DNA of 64,000 bases from Paenibacillus sp. (GTDB taxonomy: Bacteria; Bacillota; Bacilli; Paenibacillales; YIM-B00363): contig JBEPYM010000003.1 in NCBI GenBank assembly GCA_041641375.1, positions 11,848 to 75,847 of the forward strand, in the 5' to 3' direction. Both the position numbers and the translations under genes were made by a program. The first letter of the stretch is position 1. The number at the start of each line of letters is the position of its first letter. Below, piece after piece: positions 47,423 to 56,492 of this stretch. The notes beneath the pieces are model-generated. The model did no database searches. It had not been told where the DNA came from and saw nothing but the letters and a program-made list of their open reading frames with translations.

Positions 47423-47647
47423 TTGACGATGCCGTTTATTACGGGTCGTTGTCGCCTCCATCAACTTCTTAAAGAACGTAGAAAGACAAATCGCTGGCTG
47501 TCAGAGGTTACAGGGATCTCCGAGCAGAAGATATCCAACTACGCAAACAACGTAACAACGATAGGCAGAATGAATGCAGCTAAAACAATCGCATCTGCAT
47601 TAAAGTGTCACATTGAAGATCTTTATGAATGGATAGAAGTTGATTAA
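47423..47647 (+). CDS. XRE-family HTH protein
   Basis: 'LSEVTGISEQKISNYAN..IASALKCHIEDLYEW'. Confidence 0.8.
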   Translation: MTMPFITGRCRLHQLLKERRKTNRWLSEVTGISEQKISNYANNVTTIGRMNAAKTIASALKCHIEDLYEWIEVD

Positions 47648-47844
47648 GAGGTGCGGAGGTTTTTCCTCCCGATCCGTAGAGTGTTAAACGATATCGTTTA
47701 ATTATGCGCACCAACTTTCCATAATTCTCTTTTTCCATGGATGGAATTTCATTATACGACGACACAGAGTAAAATGTTGTCGAACCATGGAACCAACTTG
47801 TTACCACATATGTAACATATCCGGTAAATAACGTTTTCTAAGTG

Positions 47845-48138
47845 TCATTTCTTGTCGAAACGATGCATGACCTTTTTCCTATTTATTCTTGTCACATAAC
47901 AGGACTTACCATTATTAAAGAATACTTTATTTGCTTTAGGGCAAAAAAAAGTTACTTCGTTCATATTTACAAACTTTCCTTGGTCTACTTTTTCAAACCC
48001 ATGTCCCGATAGTAGTCGCTCTAATTGAAGCATCACCGAACCCTCTAAGACTCCGGTCGTGGTATAGATTTTTATTTTTCTATCCACGACTTTAACATAA
48101 ATAATTTTCATAATATCACCCGTTATCATCGTTTCCAA
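47845..48138 (-). CDS. LytTR DNA-binding domain protein
   Basis: 'GFEKVDQGKFVNMNEV..CYVTR' LytTR pattern. Confidence 0.65.
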   Translation of the reverse strand: METMITGDIMKIIYVKVVDRKIKIYTTTGVLEGSVMLQLERLLSGHGFEKVDQGKFVNMNEVTFFCPKANKVFFNNGKSCYVTRINRKKVMHRFDKK

Positions 48139-48201
48139 ATGGAGTTATGATATACGGGTTAGCAAATCCCTGAACCGATCAGGAACAACAATGGTGAACC
48201 G

Positions 48202-48417
48202 ATGATCCGGGACTTAATTAGAATTTACATTCCTATGCTATTATTTTTTTGTTTCATTTCAGGCCTGCTATGGTTTTTTTATCCCGTCATTAGGTATGAA
48301 TACCAGCAGCGTACAGGAGATCGTGTTATTGTTAGGATAGATAGATTTACTGGAGAATCGAGCGAGTTGTTCAAATCTCGGGGTTGGGTAGTTATTAAGC
48401 CTACAATATCAAAATAG
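48202..48417 (+). CDS. Small membrane protein
   Basis: One TM, 'RIDRFTGE'; terminator at 48417-48438. Confidence 0.55.
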   Translation: MIRDLIRIYIPMLLFFCFISGLLWFFYPVIRYEYQQRTGDRVIVRIDRFTGESSELFKSRGWVVIKPTISK

Positions 48418-48453
48418 CCCCCCAACGGGGCTTTTCTTATCAGGAGGTAAACA

Positions 48454-48540
48454 GAAAAAAACCTCAGACATGGGAGGTCTAAGGTTTTAATCTTCGCAAG
48501 TATGAAATGCACTCATACCACTTCTCGAATACAATCCCAA
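48454..48540 (-). ncRNA. Candidate ~85-nt sRNA antisense to the upstream mini-gene
   Basis: Promoter TTGCAG (48574-48569), 17 bp, TATAAT (48551-48546); 46-nt complementarity to 48684-48729; terminator 48455-48485. Confidence 0.7.
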
Positions 48541-48611
48541 TTCCTATTATAAAACTAATCTTAAGTATCTGCAATTAAAAAATGGAGAGGATTTCTCCCC
48601 TCCACCTTCGC

Positions 48612-48722
48612 CTAAACCGAGGTTCTTCCTCGGAAAGACTTTCCGCATTGGTTGCAACGGAATACCGCTTCACCTTTACGAACTTGGGTTTGTAATCGAG
48701 ATGAAATATGAGTACATTCCAT
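48612..48722 (-). CDS. 36-aa zinc-finger-like mini-protein, not in ORF track
   Basis: RBS AAGGAGGT; MECTHISSRLQTQVRKGEAVFRCNQCGKSFRGRTSV*; terminator 48577-48605. Confidence 0.65.
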   Translation of the reverse strand: MECTHISSRLQTQVRKGEAVFRCNQCGKSFRGRTSV

Positions 48723-48880
48723 TCTCGCACCTCCTTCCCGACGACTAGCTTTGCGATAGCTGTTGCCGTCTCCCATTCAGCTTCAAACTATGCTGACTAG
48801 GTAAGGAAGAGATGTCCCTATAACATAGTATTATTTAAATCGACATCAATCAACAATTATTTCCAATCAGGAGGTACATC

Positions 48881-50311
48881 ATGAGAGCAGCGGCTTATAT
48901 TCGCGTCAGCACTGAGGATCAAGCCAAGGAAGGATATTCTATCCCGGCTCAACGTGACCGTTTAACGGCTTATGCAGCGAGTCAGGAATGGGAAATATTC
49001 GACTACTACGTAGATGATGGATTCTCTGCTAAAGACACCAAGCGCCCCAACTTTCAACGCATGATTAAAGACGCTCAGGAACGCCGCTTTGACGTTATAT
49101 TAGTGCATAAGCTAGATAGATTCACCCGGAACGTGCGTGACCTCTATGACGTTCTGGACAGGCTCACAAAGTGGGGCGTATCTTTTCGATCCTCTCTTGA
49201 GCAATTCGATACAACTACAACCATGGGCAGGGCTATGATCGGTATGCTTGGGATATTCGCGCAATGGGAACGGGAGACGATAGCGGATCGGGTTTATTGG
49301 GGAATGGAACAGAAGATCATATCCGGGAAGCGAAATGGTTCCTCTGCTCCTATGGGGTTTGATCTTGTCGAAGGAAAACTCGTACCCAATGAAGATGTTG
49401 AATTTGTACAGCGGTTATTCAGAATGTACCTGGAGAACAAGGGTATGCCAACAATCGTTAAGATCCTTTCTTCTGAAGGTCGGCCTATTCACATTAGAAC
49501 ATTATGGTACATCTTAAAGAACCCGATCTATTGCGGGGAATATAGGTGGAACTTCCGCAGCAAAGGAATAAGAACGCATAACCCGATTGTTGTTGAGGGA
49601 GATATCGAACCGATTGTGAGTAAGGAAGACTTTTACAAAGTTCAGGAATTAACAAAGTCACGCGATAAAAAAGGTAGAGCAGCAACAAGCGATTATATAT
49701 TCAGCGGGATTCTAAAATGTGATCGTTGCGGATATGCAATGACAGGCGGTATAAGGCATAGAAAAGAAGGCTCCCGTATGTTCTATCGTTGTTCAGGTAA
49801 AATAGGTTTCGGCAATTGTGATATGCCTATTATAGGCGAAGAGGCGGTCGAAGAGGCATTCTTTAAGATACTCGACTATGACAAGAAAGAATTATCTATG
49901 AAGTTAAAGGTTGACGAGCTGCCGAAATCTCGAAAGGATTCAACGGGCATATTAAAACAAATTGATCAAATTAAGAAGCGCCGGGAGAAATGGAGAACCG
50001 CTTTCGTTAACGACCTCATCACAATGGAAGAGTTAAAGAAGTATTCCGATCAGGAGAAAGAAAAGGAAAATGATCTAATTCAGGAATTGGAGGATTTGAA
50101 AAATTCATCAGATACACTCAGAACACCAAGTGAACTTTATGCGCTATTTAAGGATATTAAAAGAGCTTGGTATGATATTTCAGATAGAACCTCTAAAAAG
50201 ATGTTTATTAACGATATATTTTCCGACATCGTGATTAATTCGGATTCGACTCTTCCGGGTAGAGGGAATTCGTTCGGGTGTGTTGTAACGAGGTGGAAAA
50301 CGATAGATTAG
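48881..50311 (+). CDS. Large serine recombinase (phage integrase)
   Basis: YIRVST catalytic Ser, KLDRFTRN, recombinase domain, Zn ribbon CDRC..C..C, coiled coil; stops 3 bp before att arm. Confidence 0.97.
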   Translation: MRAAAYIRVSTEDQAKEGYSIPAQRDRLTAYAASQEWEIFDYYVDDGFSAKDTKRPNFQRMIKDAQERRFDVILVHKLDRFTRNVRDLYDVLDRLTKWGVSFRSSLEQFDTTTTMGRAMIGMLGIFAQWERETIADRVYWGMEQKIISGKRNGSSAPMGFDLVEGKLVPNEDVEFVQRLFRMYLENKGMPTIVKILSSEGRPIHIRTLWYILKNPIYCGEYRWNFRSKGIRTHNPIVVEGDIEPIVSKEDFYKVQELTKSRDKKGRAATSDYIFSGILKCDRCGYAMTGGIRHRKEGSRMFYRCSGKIGFGNCDMPIIGEEAVEEAFFKILDYDKKELSMKLKVDELPKSRKDSTGILKQIDQIKKRREKWRTAFVNDLITMEELKKYSDQEKEKENDLIQELEDLKNSSDTLRTPSELYALFKDIKRAWYDISDRTSKKMFINDIFSDIVINSDSTLPGRGNSFGCVVTRWKTID

Positions 50312-50313
50312 CG

Positions 50314-50355
50314 TCTTTTGATGTAACTAGGTTTTCCGCATGACAGATACGCTGT
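50314..50355. other. Right prophage attachment junction (phage arm 50314-50332, core TT 50333-50334)
   Basis: TCTTTTGATGTAACTAGGT inverted vs 3917-3935; host ATPase similarity stops here. Confidence 0.9.
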
Positions 50356-51323
50356 GGCGATTGCCTAAGCGCCAGCTTAAATGCTTGGCGCGGTCCATGA
50401 AGCGGATCATCCTCGTCCGTTTCATATTCCACAACGTTCTTATTCGGGAAATCTCTCGCAAGCATTAGTTCATAACGGCTCTCAATCGTTACAATTCTCT
50501 CCTCATCGGGCATTGCTGAGATCAGCGCTTTAATAAGATGGGTTTTACCCGTATTCGTAGCTCCAATGACTACCATATTAAAACGGCTGCGAACGACCAC
50601 TAGAAGCAATTGCCTTACCGCTTCGTCCATTGTTCTATACTCGGATCGACATAACGTCTCGAGATTAAAGCGTTTCACCGTATATAGCCGGATGGTCAGC
50701 GTTGGCTCTGCGGTAAATCCGAAGCCTGTTAATGTCACCCTTGAACCGTCTAATAACAGTACCTCAGCCCATCTCTTCCGAGGATTAATGCGATCATTAT
50801 TGAATAAGACCAAATTTTGCTGAATTCTCTCCACTTGGCTTATCTCCTGAAAACGATAAGGAGAAGCCGTAGCTTTGCCGTCACGAACTTCAAAAATCCG
50901 TGTACCGACAACTTGAATTTCCTCTAATCCTTCACGGTTTCTCAGGACAAGCTCCAAAACGTTCATCCCGATCACTTCCGCGAACAATGCTTCCGCTAAG
51001 GAAGCGTAAGGAAGATTGCCGAATGATAAATGCTGCAGGCGTTTCTTGATAATCCAATCCGAAATAACGGCCAGCATCTCCGCCCGCTCTTGCGGAAATC
51101 CGATTACCGCTCGATTCAGCTTCTCGGCATAACGCCGACGTTCTTCTTCACTCCAGCCCCTGGGAGTTGCAAGCATATGTCGTACTTCTTCCGTATAGGC
51201 CTGTAAATTCGACAATCCATCTGGCTTCTCTCCTGCACTAACGCTAGTTCCTGCAGACAAGGATTGAAGGTCAGCGGCATAAGCAGAAGAAGAAAACCGT
51301 TTGGCAGTACCTTCCCTATTCAT
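50333..51323 (-). pseudogene. cpaF: 5' fragment of prophage-interrupted CpaF/TadA ATPase
   Basis: Walker A GATNTGKT, Asp box TIESRYEL, 'ALRQSPQRICHAE' Walker B, then non-homologous tail to stop at 50235; start ATG 51323 overlaps upstream stop. Confidence 0.92.
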
Positions 51324-52156
51324 TGTCCCCTCCTGCGATGCACCATTAGCCTCCGCAACCATGGGCGTTCAGTCTTCTGAAGCCTCTGTGCCCAATTCAG
51401 CTTCATCAATAAAGGATTGGCTACGGCATCAAAGGCTGCAGCATTACGTTCCTCTGCCGCAAGCCACTCATCCAAGCGGCCGCTGTCTAGCTGCAAATGT
51501 ACGCTCTCCGTTAATCTCAGCTCTGTAAATGTGTTACAACCGGTTTCCTTACGAATTTCCTTCACTCCGAATCCCCCTGTCATTCGATGAGAACCTTGTA
51601 AGAGCACTAATTGGAATTGCTCTGGCAACATTCCAAACTGTGAGCCAACCTGACCGGTCCATCGATGGATATCTTCCTGAAAGTGACTGAGATTGTCTGT
51701 CGTTACGAGAAACTTGTCATCGGCATCTCTCATTGCGCATACAGTTGCAGCATTATCCCAATAGGCGCTTACATCGGCGATCGTCAGATCGAAGGCTTCC
51801 CGGGATGCTTTCAGCAATTGCATCATATCCTCTGGTTCATAATATTCTGCTTGCTCTCTAGCCATATTGCCGAATAAAACATGTAATTCCCCCAGCTTAG
51901 GGGAGCGAAAAGCATATTGTCGAAGCTTGTCGCCGGTCAGTGTGCCCGCCCTTAACTCCGGTCGTACTCCGTCCAATGTGACATCGGGCTTGTCTACCCC
52001 TAGGTAAAGATGGGTTTTTGCGCTCTTTAGATTAAGACATAAATAGCCGACTTTTCGGCCTGTTAGAGCCGCAATCCGATAAGCCGTTCCAAACGCTGTT
52101 AACGATGTTCCAATATTCGGCGTCGAGCCTGCAAAAGCCGCCAATCGCCCCGTCAT
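51320..52156 (-). CDS. CpaE/TadZ-like MinD-family protein
   Basis: Degenerate P-loop 'GSTPNIGTS', 'FDLTIADVS'; between cpaB and cpaF. Confidence 0.7.
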   Translation of the reverse strand: MTGRLAAFAGSTPNIGTSLTAFGTAYRIAALTGRKVGYLCLNLKSAKTHLYLGVDKPDVTLDGVRPELRAGTLTGDKLRQYAFRSPKLGELHVLFGNMAREQAEYYEPEDMMQLLKASREAFDLTIADVSAYWDNAATVCAMRDADDKFLVTTDNLSHFQEDIHRWTGQVGSQFGMLPEQFQLVLLQGSHRMTGGFGVKEIRKETGCNTFTELRLTESVHLQLDSGRLDEWLAAEERNAAAFDAVANPLLMKLNWAQRLQKTERPWLRRLMVHRRRGQ

Positions 52157-52860
52157 TGTTCCCCCTCCTTAATAGAAGCTGCCTGAAAAGCGATGACCAA
52201 TTTCGCACTCCCTCCTTTACATGCGGTATCTAAGATTAACCACTCCGCTTCCGTCAAATTCAGATTAATGGAATCAATCGTGCCGTTGGCATCTCGCCTG
52301 GACGCATACATCCCTTCCTTATCGTCGTTGGCCATTGACATGAGATTCGGATTTTTGGGATTGTCGATCTCTAGGTTCGCTGCAGTCTTCACACCTGCTA
52401 CCCGAATCGAATTGGCATATAACCTCCGAGATGCCGTTGCTTCATCCGATAGGTACACCGTTACCTCATCCCCCGCTCGAATACCGCTGGACACTGACTT
52501 TACATATTCTCTAGGAATCTGAAAGGTTGATTCTCCTGCACGAGGGAGCAGCCGATACTTGCTCACCTTCCATCTCAGTAATGGCTCTTCACCGCCAAGC
52601 GGAGCTGAAGTTTCCATCCCAACGGCTTCAGACATCTCCGTGATCATCTCTTCCGATAAGGCTTTGAGAGGCAAAGAAATGAATTTCAGGTGATTCGAAT
52701 CCAATAACGTTCCTGTCGGAATAAATTGCTTGGGAACCACGACCTCTACTGTTTCTTGAAGCTCTATCTGCCTGAGCTGCAGCATATAAACGCCATAAAC
52801 GAGCAGCCCCGAAATGACCGCCGCAGACAAACTAATTGCCGCCTGTCTTCTCCGATTCAT
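52153..52860 (-). CDS. cpaB: CpaB/RcpC-like SAF-domain pilus assembly protein
   Basis: TM, SAF 'VVVPKQFIPTGTLL', 'SGIRAGDEVTVY'; start ATG 52860. Confidence 0.75.
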   Translation of the reverse strand: MNRRRQAAISLSAAVISGLLVYGVYMLQLRQIELQETVEVVVPKQFIPTGTLLDSNHLKFISLPLKALSEEMITEMSEAVGMETSAPLGGEEPLLRWKVSKYRLLPRAGESTFQIPREYVKSVSSGIRAGDEVTVYLSDEATASRRLYANSIRVAGVKTAANLEIDNPKNPNLMSMANDDKEGMYASRRDANGTIDSINLNLTEAEWLILDTACKGGSAKLVIAFQAASIKEGEQ

Positions 52861-52887
52861 TCTCTCAACCTCACCTTGTAAGAAAAT

Positions 52888-53001
52888 AAAAAAAGAACGC
52901 AAGCGTAGGAGGTTTCTCCATCGCCTGCGTTCTTCGCAGTGAACATATGCCTATATTGGCTTGTTAAGGCTGACTATATCAAAAGGTTGTACTAGTGTAA
53001 A
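52888..53001 (-). promoter_or_regulatory. tad operon promoter and leader terminator
   Basis: TTTACA, 17 bp, TATAGT (53001-52973); 13-bp stem 52893-52905/52922-52934 with U-tract before cpaB. Confidence 0.55.
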
Positions 53002-53035
53002 GCCTTTTTTTACATTTTACAGCAGCAATCGCCAA

Positions 53036-53662
53036 TTATCTCACGAAAGGGTTCTCGCGGCGCTCTTCCCCAATCGTTGTTTCAGGACCGTGTCCGGGCA
53101 GGACGATTACGGTTTCCGGTAACGAATACAGCTTTTCTCGAATGGATCGATAAAGCTGCTCTTGGTTGCCGCCGGGTAAATCCGTCCGCCCGACTGATCG
53201 ATGAAAAAGCGCATCCCCGGCGAACAGCAGGTCACCGCATAGAAAGCTCACGCTTCCTGGGGAATGACCTGGCGTGTGCTTCACTTGGAACGTTTCCCCG
53301 ATTAGCTCAAGGGATTGGCCATCCGTCAAGTAATGGTCTGGTAAGTCCGTCGAGATTATCGGAGTAACGTCAGCCCAGCGGCTTGAGCCATTCTTACCCG
53401 CATCGGTTAACCAGTCCTTCTCTAAAGGATGAATGTAGACCGGACACCCGTAGCGTTTACGGATCGCATCCACACCGCCAATATGATCGAAATGGGCATG
53501 CGTTAGCAAAATCGCGTCAACCTTTAGTCCATCCAGCTTGCGCAACAACGCCGAATCAGCTGTACCCGGGTCAATCACTACGGCATGCGTGCGCTCCGTA
53601 TTCACGACAACATAGGCATTCGTCTGTAAGGCACCTAGAGAAAACCGTTGAAAAGTCAGCAT
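53036..53662 (-). CDS. MBL-fold hydrolase (glyoxalase II-like)
   Basis: THAHFDHIGG, HTPGHSPG, GDALF, PGHG. Confidence 0.93.
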   Translation of the reverse strand: MLTFQRFSLGALQTNAYVVVNTERTHAVVIDPGTADSALLRKLDGLKVDAILLTHAHFDHIGGVDAIRKRYGCPVYIHPLEKDWLTDAGKNGSSRWADVTPIISTDLPDHYLTDGQSLELIGETFQVKHTPGHSPGSVSFLCGDLLFAGDALFHRSVGRTDLPGGNQEQLYRSIREKLYSLPETVIVLPGHGPETTIGEERRENPFVR

Positions 53663-53675
53663 CGCTTCACGGACC

Positions 53676-54242
53676 TCAAACGCCGGACAGAATGTCGCGT
53701 ATTTCTTGTAAAATAATCGTCTGATAGCCGGTATCTTCTCCGTAACGACGTCCCATTTCCTGACGGGCTACCGCGATTTTCTCCTGATAATCCGGCGCTT
53801 CACGGTCTGGATTCTCTGCTTTGAACGCATTCATAACTTCCTGAACATGCTTAGGCCGAGCACCCCATTTGCCAAGCAAATGTCCGCCCGTATCCGTGAA
53901 CAGAACGATCGGAATCGCACGGCCGCCCATTGTTAAGTGCTCATCCATAAGGTCCAAGTGCTGCTCCATAATCAGTACCTCTGTGGGTATACCTGCCTTT
54001 TCCATCGCTTGGAACACAACCGGAACATTACGCACAACGTCCCCGCACCAGTCTGCCGCCAAGATCATGCAACGCAAATCATCACGATTGTTAAGCGAAT
54101 CGTAAAATTCCTCCAATTCGGCATCATTCCACTGAAACTTCTCTTGCCAGGAGGTGAAGGTATCCTGGTTTTTGGTCATGCTATCCACAAATTGACGAGG
54201 TGTTAAGCCTTGATTTAATTTACTAGCCAGAAGCTTACTCAT
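53676..54242 (-). CDS. Thioredoxin-like protein (WCGD type)
   Basis: 'DWCGDVVRNVP', 'GGRAIP'. Confidence 0.85.
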   Translation of the reverse strand: MSKLLASKLNQGLTPRQFVDSMTKNQDTFTSWQEKFQWNDAELEEFYDSLNNRDDLRCMILAADWCGDVVRNVPVVFQAMEKAGIPTEVLIMEQHLDLMDEHLTMGGRAIPIVLFTDTGGHLLGKWGARPKHVQEVMNAFKAENPDREAPDYQEKIAVARQEMGRRYGEDTGYQTIILQEIRDILSGV

Positions 54243-54280
54243 GTTAAATCCCCTTTCTTTTTCGTACTCTATCGTCTATT

Positions 54281-54892
54281 CTAGATGCTTTTGCCACGCT
54301 TACGCAAATAAAGGAAGAGAAAATACCCAATTAACAACGCTAACGCGATTAGAACGATGGGTCGAACATATTCCGAAGCTTTTTCATCGATGGTATCCCA
54401 GTTTTCACCGAGCGACTTCCCTAACCAAACGAACAGAATAGACCATGGAACCGAAGCTAACGCAGTCAGCCAAGTAAACTTCCATAAGTTCATGCGTGCC
54501 ATGCCTGCCGGGATGGATACAGCCTGACGCATGACAGGAACGAATCTCCCCGTGAACACGATGAATGGACCGTATTTCTCAAACCAACTTTCTGCCATAT
54601 CGAGATGCTTTGCCTTCAGATGTAAGTACTTGCCGAACTTGTCTAGAAAAGGACGCCCGCCGTAGCGGCCAATAGCATACAACAACCACTGCTGCAGGAT
54701 CGCTCCAATCGTTCCGCAAATAACAGCGACAACGAATGAAATATCCCCCTTGTAAACGAGGTAACCGGCAAAACCTAGCACAATTTCACTTGGAATGACT
54801 TCGATCGCTAGACCAATGATAATACCCCAATATCCCAAGCTCTCAACCCATTGAAGAATTTGGTTCAACCACTCGTGCAATGTATCCATCAT
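54281..54892 (-). CDS. DedA family membrane protein
   Basis: 'PSEIVLGFAG', 'GRYGGR', 'GRFVPVMR..PAG'. Confidence 0.93.
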   Translation of the reverse strand: MMDTLHEWLNQILQWVESLGYWGIIIGLAIEVIPSEIVLGFAGYLVYKGDISFVVAVICGTIGAILQQWLLYAIGRYGGRPFLDKFGKYLHLKAKHLDMAESWFEKYGPFIVFTGRFVPVMRQAVSIPAGMARMNLWKFTWLTALASVPWSILFVWLGKSLGENWDTIDEKASEYVRPIVLIALALLIGYFLFLYLRKRGKSI

Positions 54893-55060
54893 CGCTTAAA
54901 CCTGCTTTCTATCACTTAATAACCGTTTCTATTCTAGCACATGGCTAGACCTCCCTTCCAGTTCAATAGCATAAACAGAAATTACTATAGGCTTGTCATG
55001 TGAGGACGGGCCCGCGCATACACTCCGGTAGATGGATAAAGTTGAAGAGGAGAGAACGGA

Positions 55061-55510
55061 ATGAGTAAAATTGTAATTCTTAGCCGAAAAAAGATTCAGT
55101 TTTACACGATTATGGCAGCTATTGTGATTCTGGCCGGTGCATACATTGGCTGGCAGCAGACTAAGCCGACGATAGCTCCCGCGAGTGAAACCACTCGAGT
55201 AATCCAATTAGTCACGGGGGAATTTACGGCAACCTCGGACAGCGGCAAAAAGCTGGAGTCTTATCGCTGGGATCCTGGAACGGTTTTCGTCAGAAAAGGT
55301 GAGTCAGTAGAGCTTCGCATCTCTGGCATCAATGGGCAATCTCATCCTTTCGTCATCGAAGGGCTGGGCATTTCAGGTGAGGTACGCAAAGGTAAAACAA
55401 CGATAGTTCATTTCACGCCAAAGGAAGCGGGCATCTATCCTATCGTCTGCCAGACTCACAGTGATCCGAAAACAAGTATTCCAATGGTTGGTTATTTAGT
55501 CGTACAATAG
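55061..55510 (+). CDS. Cupredoxin-domain protein
   Basis: N-terminal TM; H..C..H..M copper ligands. Confidence 0.85.
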   Translation: MSKIVILSRKKIQFYTIMAAIVILAGAYIGWQQTKPTIAPASETTRVIQLVTGEFTATSDSGKKLESYRWDPGTVFVRKGESVELRISGINGQSHPFVIEGLGISGEVRKGKTTIVHFTPKEAGIYPIVCQTHSDPKTSIPMVGYLVVQ

Positions 55511-55569
55511 CGGGTGACCGCCTTTCTCCCCCCTGCATAGGGTATGGGAAGAGAGGTTGGTGAGGCCTT

Positions 55570-55881
55570 ATGAAGATGTTTCAAGAAAAGCATTCCGCTC
55601 CCCTTCCTACCCCGCGCAGCATCCGAAGGGCTTGCGGCAACGAACTGTACAGAACGGGTAAAAGATTAAAGCTTCACATACCCGAATCGTTGATGCAGCA
55701 GGCCGAGCAGCTATATGTAAGACGTGTCATCGAGAACCTTGCATGGATTGTGGAAAACCGCAGTAACCGCAAAGTATTGGCAGATTGGTGGGACGAGGAA
55801 TTAAGCCAGGAAATCGCAACGCTTTGGAGCGTAGATCGAGCAAAGCTCATGAAGGCTTTCCGCGATGCCTTCGGGGGTTAA
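55570..55881 (+). CDS. Hypothetical protein
   Basis: 103-aa ORF followed by terminator (55895-55935). Confidence 0.7.
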   Translation: MKMFQEKHSAPLPTPRSIRRACGNELYRTGKRLKLHIPESLMQQAEQLYVRRVIENLAWIVENRSNRKVLADWWDEELSQEIATLWSVDRAKLMKAFRDAFGG

Positions 55882-55954
55882 GAGATTAATATGGAAAAAA
55901 CGGAGACCGCAAAAAAAGCGTATCTCCGTTTTTTGTTGTATCCGCTTTGCTGCA

Positions 55955-56314
55955 TTAACCGATAATTGCGAAGGTTTCCACGCCGGCTGGGATTGTGCGT
56001 ATACGGAACAAGGTTCCATTACTGCTAAACACTCTGAGCGTGTACGAAACATTTGTTAGGGTATCGATATTGTTAAAGCGAACGACACCAAAGCGGTCGA
56101 AGCTGGCCGTACTGACAATGCGATTGCCTCGGGACAGGCGCGCGAAGAAGCCTGTTGTATCGAAAGGTACTCCGCTATTCTGCACCCAGACAACTGTAAG
56201 GCGATTCAAGATCGGTCCGTTTCTTACGGTGCGAGAAAGTTTGGAAACTTTAGTACGAACGATACGGGATCGCTTGGAATCTCCATGAGGAGGTTTAGGA
56301 CGTTGAACAGCCAT
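55955..56314 (-). CDS. Basic hypothetical protein
   Basis: RBS AAAGGAG; shares the bidirectional terminator. Confidence 0.7.
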   Translation of the reverse strand: MAVQRPKPPHGDSKRSRIVRTKVSKLSRTVRNGPILNRLTVVWVQNSGVPFDTTGFFARLSRGNRIVSTASFDRFGVVRFNNIDTLTNVSYTLRVFSSNGTLFRIRTIPAGVETFAIIG

Positions 56315-56492
56315 AGAATCACTCCTTTGTCACTTTGCTTCAATGTATGTAACCTCATGGCTTACCATCACGGACAAAGTCCCATTACCACGTCCATTTT
56401 TCGACATTACCTCTAATGTCCTCTGATCCTTCTAACCTCGCAGAACACAAAAAAACAGGCCGCAGCTTAGGCCTGTTGTGAGCTTTGTTAGC

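Larger units (their letters stand above)
3915..50334. mobile_element. Temperate prophage (~46.4 kb), podovirus-like, serine integrase, inserted in cpaF
   Basis: Integrase, immunity, recombination, replication, packaging, head, tail and lysis modules between the two att junctions. Confidence 0.95.

Noticed and set aside
48279-48552. Plus-strand MKCTHTTSRIQSQFLL as a paralogue of the mini-protein, and ORF 48279-48512
   Set aside because: Stops after 16 codons with no adjacent RBS; G-U bias, promoter and terminator fit a minus-strand antisense RNA better
50235-50332. 375-aa ORF 50235-51362 as a complete ATPase
   Set aside because: The last ~32 residues are read-through into phage DNA antisense to the integrase; the His-box half is at 3499-3914
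52940-52955. SOS box in the tad leader (GAACATATGCCT)
   Set aside because: Right half-site deviates strongly from GTTC
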